A DNA stretch of 64,000 nucleotides, taken from the NCBI GenBank assembly GCA_002104905.1, contig MCFE01000095.1:109420-173419 (forward strand). The letters run 5' to 3'. This document shows, in pieces, positions 61,784-64,000 of this stretch. Each line of letters begins with the position of its first letter. Within the stretch, counting starts at the first letter, position 1. Origin of the DNA: Basidiobolus meristosporus CBS 931.73 (lineage: Eukaryota > Fungi > Basidiobolomycota). The notes beneath the pieces were generated by a model. That model was not told where the DNA came from. It made no database searches and saw only the letters and a list, made by a program, of their open reading frames with translations. The position numbers and the translations under genes are program-made.

Positions 61784-63799
61784 AGGGGGGGAGACAGTCA
61801 CCAACAGGTGAAATCTTTATTTCATTTGAAACAAAGAAGCCAGCGCTACTGTTGTAGCTTTGATACAAGAGTGTGTAGCTGAGGGGAATTTGTAGGTAAG
61901 TTAATAAGAAGTGATGATAGTTCTTCAGTGCTCAAGACACTGTTCAGTGGGAAGGGGGGTAGCAAGAGAGGTAAGAATGACTTGTGAACAACATTAATGA
62001 GGGGAATGTGATAAGGATTGATATTCATCATAAAGGGAGTGTGCTGCTGCAGATATTGCTGCCAAAGGTCTGTCAAGTACTTCAGGTAGGCCAGCTTGGG
62101 TTTTTCTGACTGCAGAATAAATTCAGCAAACTTCTTGACTTCAGGATCTCCAAGTATAGTTCTCCAGCAGGAGCCAGGTGTTGTGTGGTGTGTTCTCTTC
62201 CAGGCCTTAATCAGTGGGTTGCTGCAGTTGTGAAGTCTGAGGTATAATCTGGTTCTAAGGTAGAGAAGTCTGATCTTATAGGGCATAAACCCAAAAGCAC
62301 CAAGAATAGCATGTCTGTAGGGGCATTCAGGCAAATGAGGCACCAAGGAGGTAATGCACCATACTGCAAACTTGTCAAGCTTAGTGCAGTCTCTAGAAGT
62401 AAGAGAGAGAAGTGGTAAGCCAAATTCCAGGACAGGGAAAACAAACTGCTTGAGTAGAAGGAGGCAGCTGGGAGCTGAAGTTGTAGGAGGAGTAACAGCC
62501 AGTAGCTTGTGGAGTGCCTGTCTTGCCAGGATAATTCTCTTCTTCAGGTGTGCTCCAGAGTCTAGTCCAGTAGGAAGGAAAGGAAAGCCAAGATATGTAG
62601 CAGAAACCTGAGCAGGTAGAGTGGAGTTCTCCAAGTTGATGGGAGAGCCCAAAGGTACTGTCTTTGCAATGGAAAGCTGGAGATTATTCTTCTGCAGATA
62701 CTGGTGGATGGTCTGGGAGTCTTGTTGCACATTGGAGGAGGATATTCTGATGTCATCAGCAAAGAGAGTAACCAGGCAGTCAGCTGAGAGTCTTGGGAAA
62801 TCATTCAGGAAGATGGCAAACAGTATAGGACCAAGCACAGAGACTTGAACCACTCCATTAGGAACTGAGAACACAGCTGATTGCTCACTTGGGTGCAGAA
62901 TTCTTGCTTGTGGATCCAGAAACAGAGACCTGACAAGGAGGGTGAGAGAGGTACTGGAGAAGCATTGCAACTTGGACCAAAGCAGATTTCTGTCAACTGA
63001 ATCAAAGGCCTTAGTAATATCAAACAGAACAGAGGGATACTTGCACTGGAGAGAGTGATCTTGGCTAAGTATGACTGCATATTCCAAGGAGAGGCCAGGA
63101 ACAAAGCCAAACTGTGCAGGATGAAACTTGAGTGAGTCAGAGTAGAGCTCCTGAGCAAGCAGAAGCTCAAACACCTTTCTGCAGGTGGGCAGCAGAGATA
63201 TTGGCCTGTAGGAGCTAGGATCCAGGTGCTTTCCTTTACCCTTGTACAGTGGCAGAACATTTGCAAAGGACCATTCCTCAGGAGTAGAAAGCTGGGCTGA
63301 GCATTGTTGAAACAGTGGAAGCAGAAGTGCAGACATGGCCTTGGTACTAGTCTTCAGAAGCTCATAAGAGATTGTGTCCACACCTGGAGCAGTAGAGTTG
63401 GGAAGCCTCTTGAGCACATTATGGATTCTCCTTTGATCAAGTGCAAGTGGGATGGGCAGAGTCTTGAAGTCAGGATGAAAGCCAGGAGTTGAGTACTGCT
63501 TTGTAGAGAAGAAGATGTTAGCCAGCTGTTCTGTTGAAGGTAACTTCCTGGAAGAGGGCCTCATTGCCCTGTAGAGTCTTGATACTGTTCTTGTTATAGA
63601 GTTGGAAGATTGCAGAGGCAAAGAACTCATAATATGATCCCAGAGCTGAGTATGCAGAGTGTGGTGAATTGCCTTGGAGTGATGTATTGCTGTCAGGAGG
63701 AGTTTCTCTGTTTTTGGGCTAGGGAAACTCATGTAGCTTTGTTGCAGGGCTGAAACAATGGATTCCCATTTTCTTGAGGTAACAGCAGTAGTCTTGCAT
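61784..63799 (-). mobile_element. Telomere-abutting non-LTR retroelement, 5'-truncated and capped by telomeric repeats
   Basis: RT ORF; short 3' UTR with AATAAA (61816-21), a TCACC-N4-GGTGA hairpin and a C7 tail. The frame is open from the ATG at 63732 into the TTAGGG array. Confidence 0.9.
61846..63732 (-). CDS. LINE-type reverse transcriptase, 628 aa, no endonuclease or RNase H visible
   Basis: APGVDTISYELLK, W..ANVLPLYKGKG, SYRPISLL, QFGF, FDITKAFDSVDR, GVVQVSVLGP (QG changed to QV), LFADD, YLGFPF. Confidence 0.93.
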   Translation of the reverse strand: MSFPSPKTEKLLLTAIHHSKAIHHTLHTQLWDHIMSSLPLQSSNSITRTVSRLYRAMRPSSRKLPSTEQLANIFFSTKQYSTPGFHPDFKTLPIPLALDQRRIHNVLKRLPNSTAPGVDTISYELLKTSTKAMSALLLPLFQQCSAQLSTPEEWSFANVLPLYKGKGKHLDPSSYRPISLLPTCRKVFELLLAQELYSDSLKFHPAQFGFVPGLSLEYAVILSQDHSLQCKYPSVLFDITKAFDSVDRNLLWSKLQCFSSTSLTLLVRSLFLDPQARILHPSEQSAVFSVPNGVVQVSVLGPILFAIFLNDFPRLSADCLVTLFADDIRISSSNVQQDSQTIHQYLQKNNLQLSIAKTVPLGSPINLENSTLPAQVSATYLGFPFLPTGLDSGAHLKKRIILARQALHKLLAVTPPTTSAPSCLLLLKQFVFPVLEFGLPLLSLTSRDCTKLDKFAVWCITSLVPHLPECPYRHAILGAFGFMPYKIRLLYLRTRLYLRLHNCSNPLIKAWKRTHHTTPGSCWRTILGDPEVKKFAEFILQSEKPKLAYLKYLTDLWQQYLQQHTPFMMNINPYHIPLINVVHKSFLPLLLPPFPLNSVLSTEELSSLLINLPTNSPQLHTLVSKLQQ

Positions 63800-63855
63800 G
63801 GGTTAGGGTTAGGGTTAGGGCTTAGGGTTAGGGTTAGGGTTAGGGTTAGGGTTAG

Positions 63856-63893
<38 letters not shown>

Positions 63894-64000
63894 GGTTAGG
63901 GTTAGGGTTAGGTTAGGGTTAGGGTTAGGGTTAGGGTTAGGGTTAGGGTTAGGGTTAGGGTTAGGGTTAGGGTTAGGGTTAGGGTTAGGGTTAGGGTTAG
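63800..64000 (+). repeat. Telomeric (TTAGGG)n array, right chromosome end
   Basis: About 33 repeats to the window end, G-rich strand running 5'-3' outward. Variants at 63821 (CTTAGGG), 63852 (TTAGGGG), 63871 (TTTAGGG) and 63908 (TTAGG). Confidence 0.99.

Noticed and set aside
61846-63732. Telomerase (TERT) or Penelope-like RT
   Set aside because: The motifs (APGxD, YRPISLL, KAFDSV, FADD, YLG) are LINE-type. No TERT T/CP motifs or GIY-YIG are visible. A phylogeny is still needed for the clade.
63800-63920. Variant telomere repeats as evidence of a second telomerase template
   Set aside because: Four isolated single-base indels are typical of proximal repeat decay or long-read error.

Overview
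The window is the distal 64 kb of a fungal chromosome arm and ends in a (TTAGGG)n telomere. Intron structure and gene content suggest an early-diverging fungus (Basidiobolus/Mucoromycota-like; inference). There are three zones. (1) 1-14.6 kb is a CpG-poor nested transposon block: CACTA/CMC-type transposase relics, a degenerate Ty1/copia, and a full-length Ty3/gypsy (388/387-bp LTRs, AATTG TSD) with an extra third ORF. (2) 14.7-52.5 kb is a gene island with ordinary CpG content: velvet, LIM-domain-binding regulator, CDC3-like septin, group XII-like sPLA2, MRPS18, SRP54, RPS4, sulfite reductase beta subunit, PH-SMP lipid-transfer protein, GH72 Gas, an AAC4-like protein, two GPI surface proteins and an MFS transporter. 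(3) 52.6-64 kb is a subtelomere: nested copia LTRs, a copia interrupted by a 3.4-kb PIF/Harbinger-like element (DDE transposase plus divergent Myb/SANT-like gene), then a non-LTR reverse transcriptase element. That element is the most striking feature. It points 5' toward the telomere, its frame stays open into the telomeric repeats, it shows no endonuclease domain, I found no CpG in its ORF, and its 3' end reads CCCCCCCTAA and forms a TTAGGG at the junction with a broken copia. This is the geometry expected of a retroelement added to a chromosome end.
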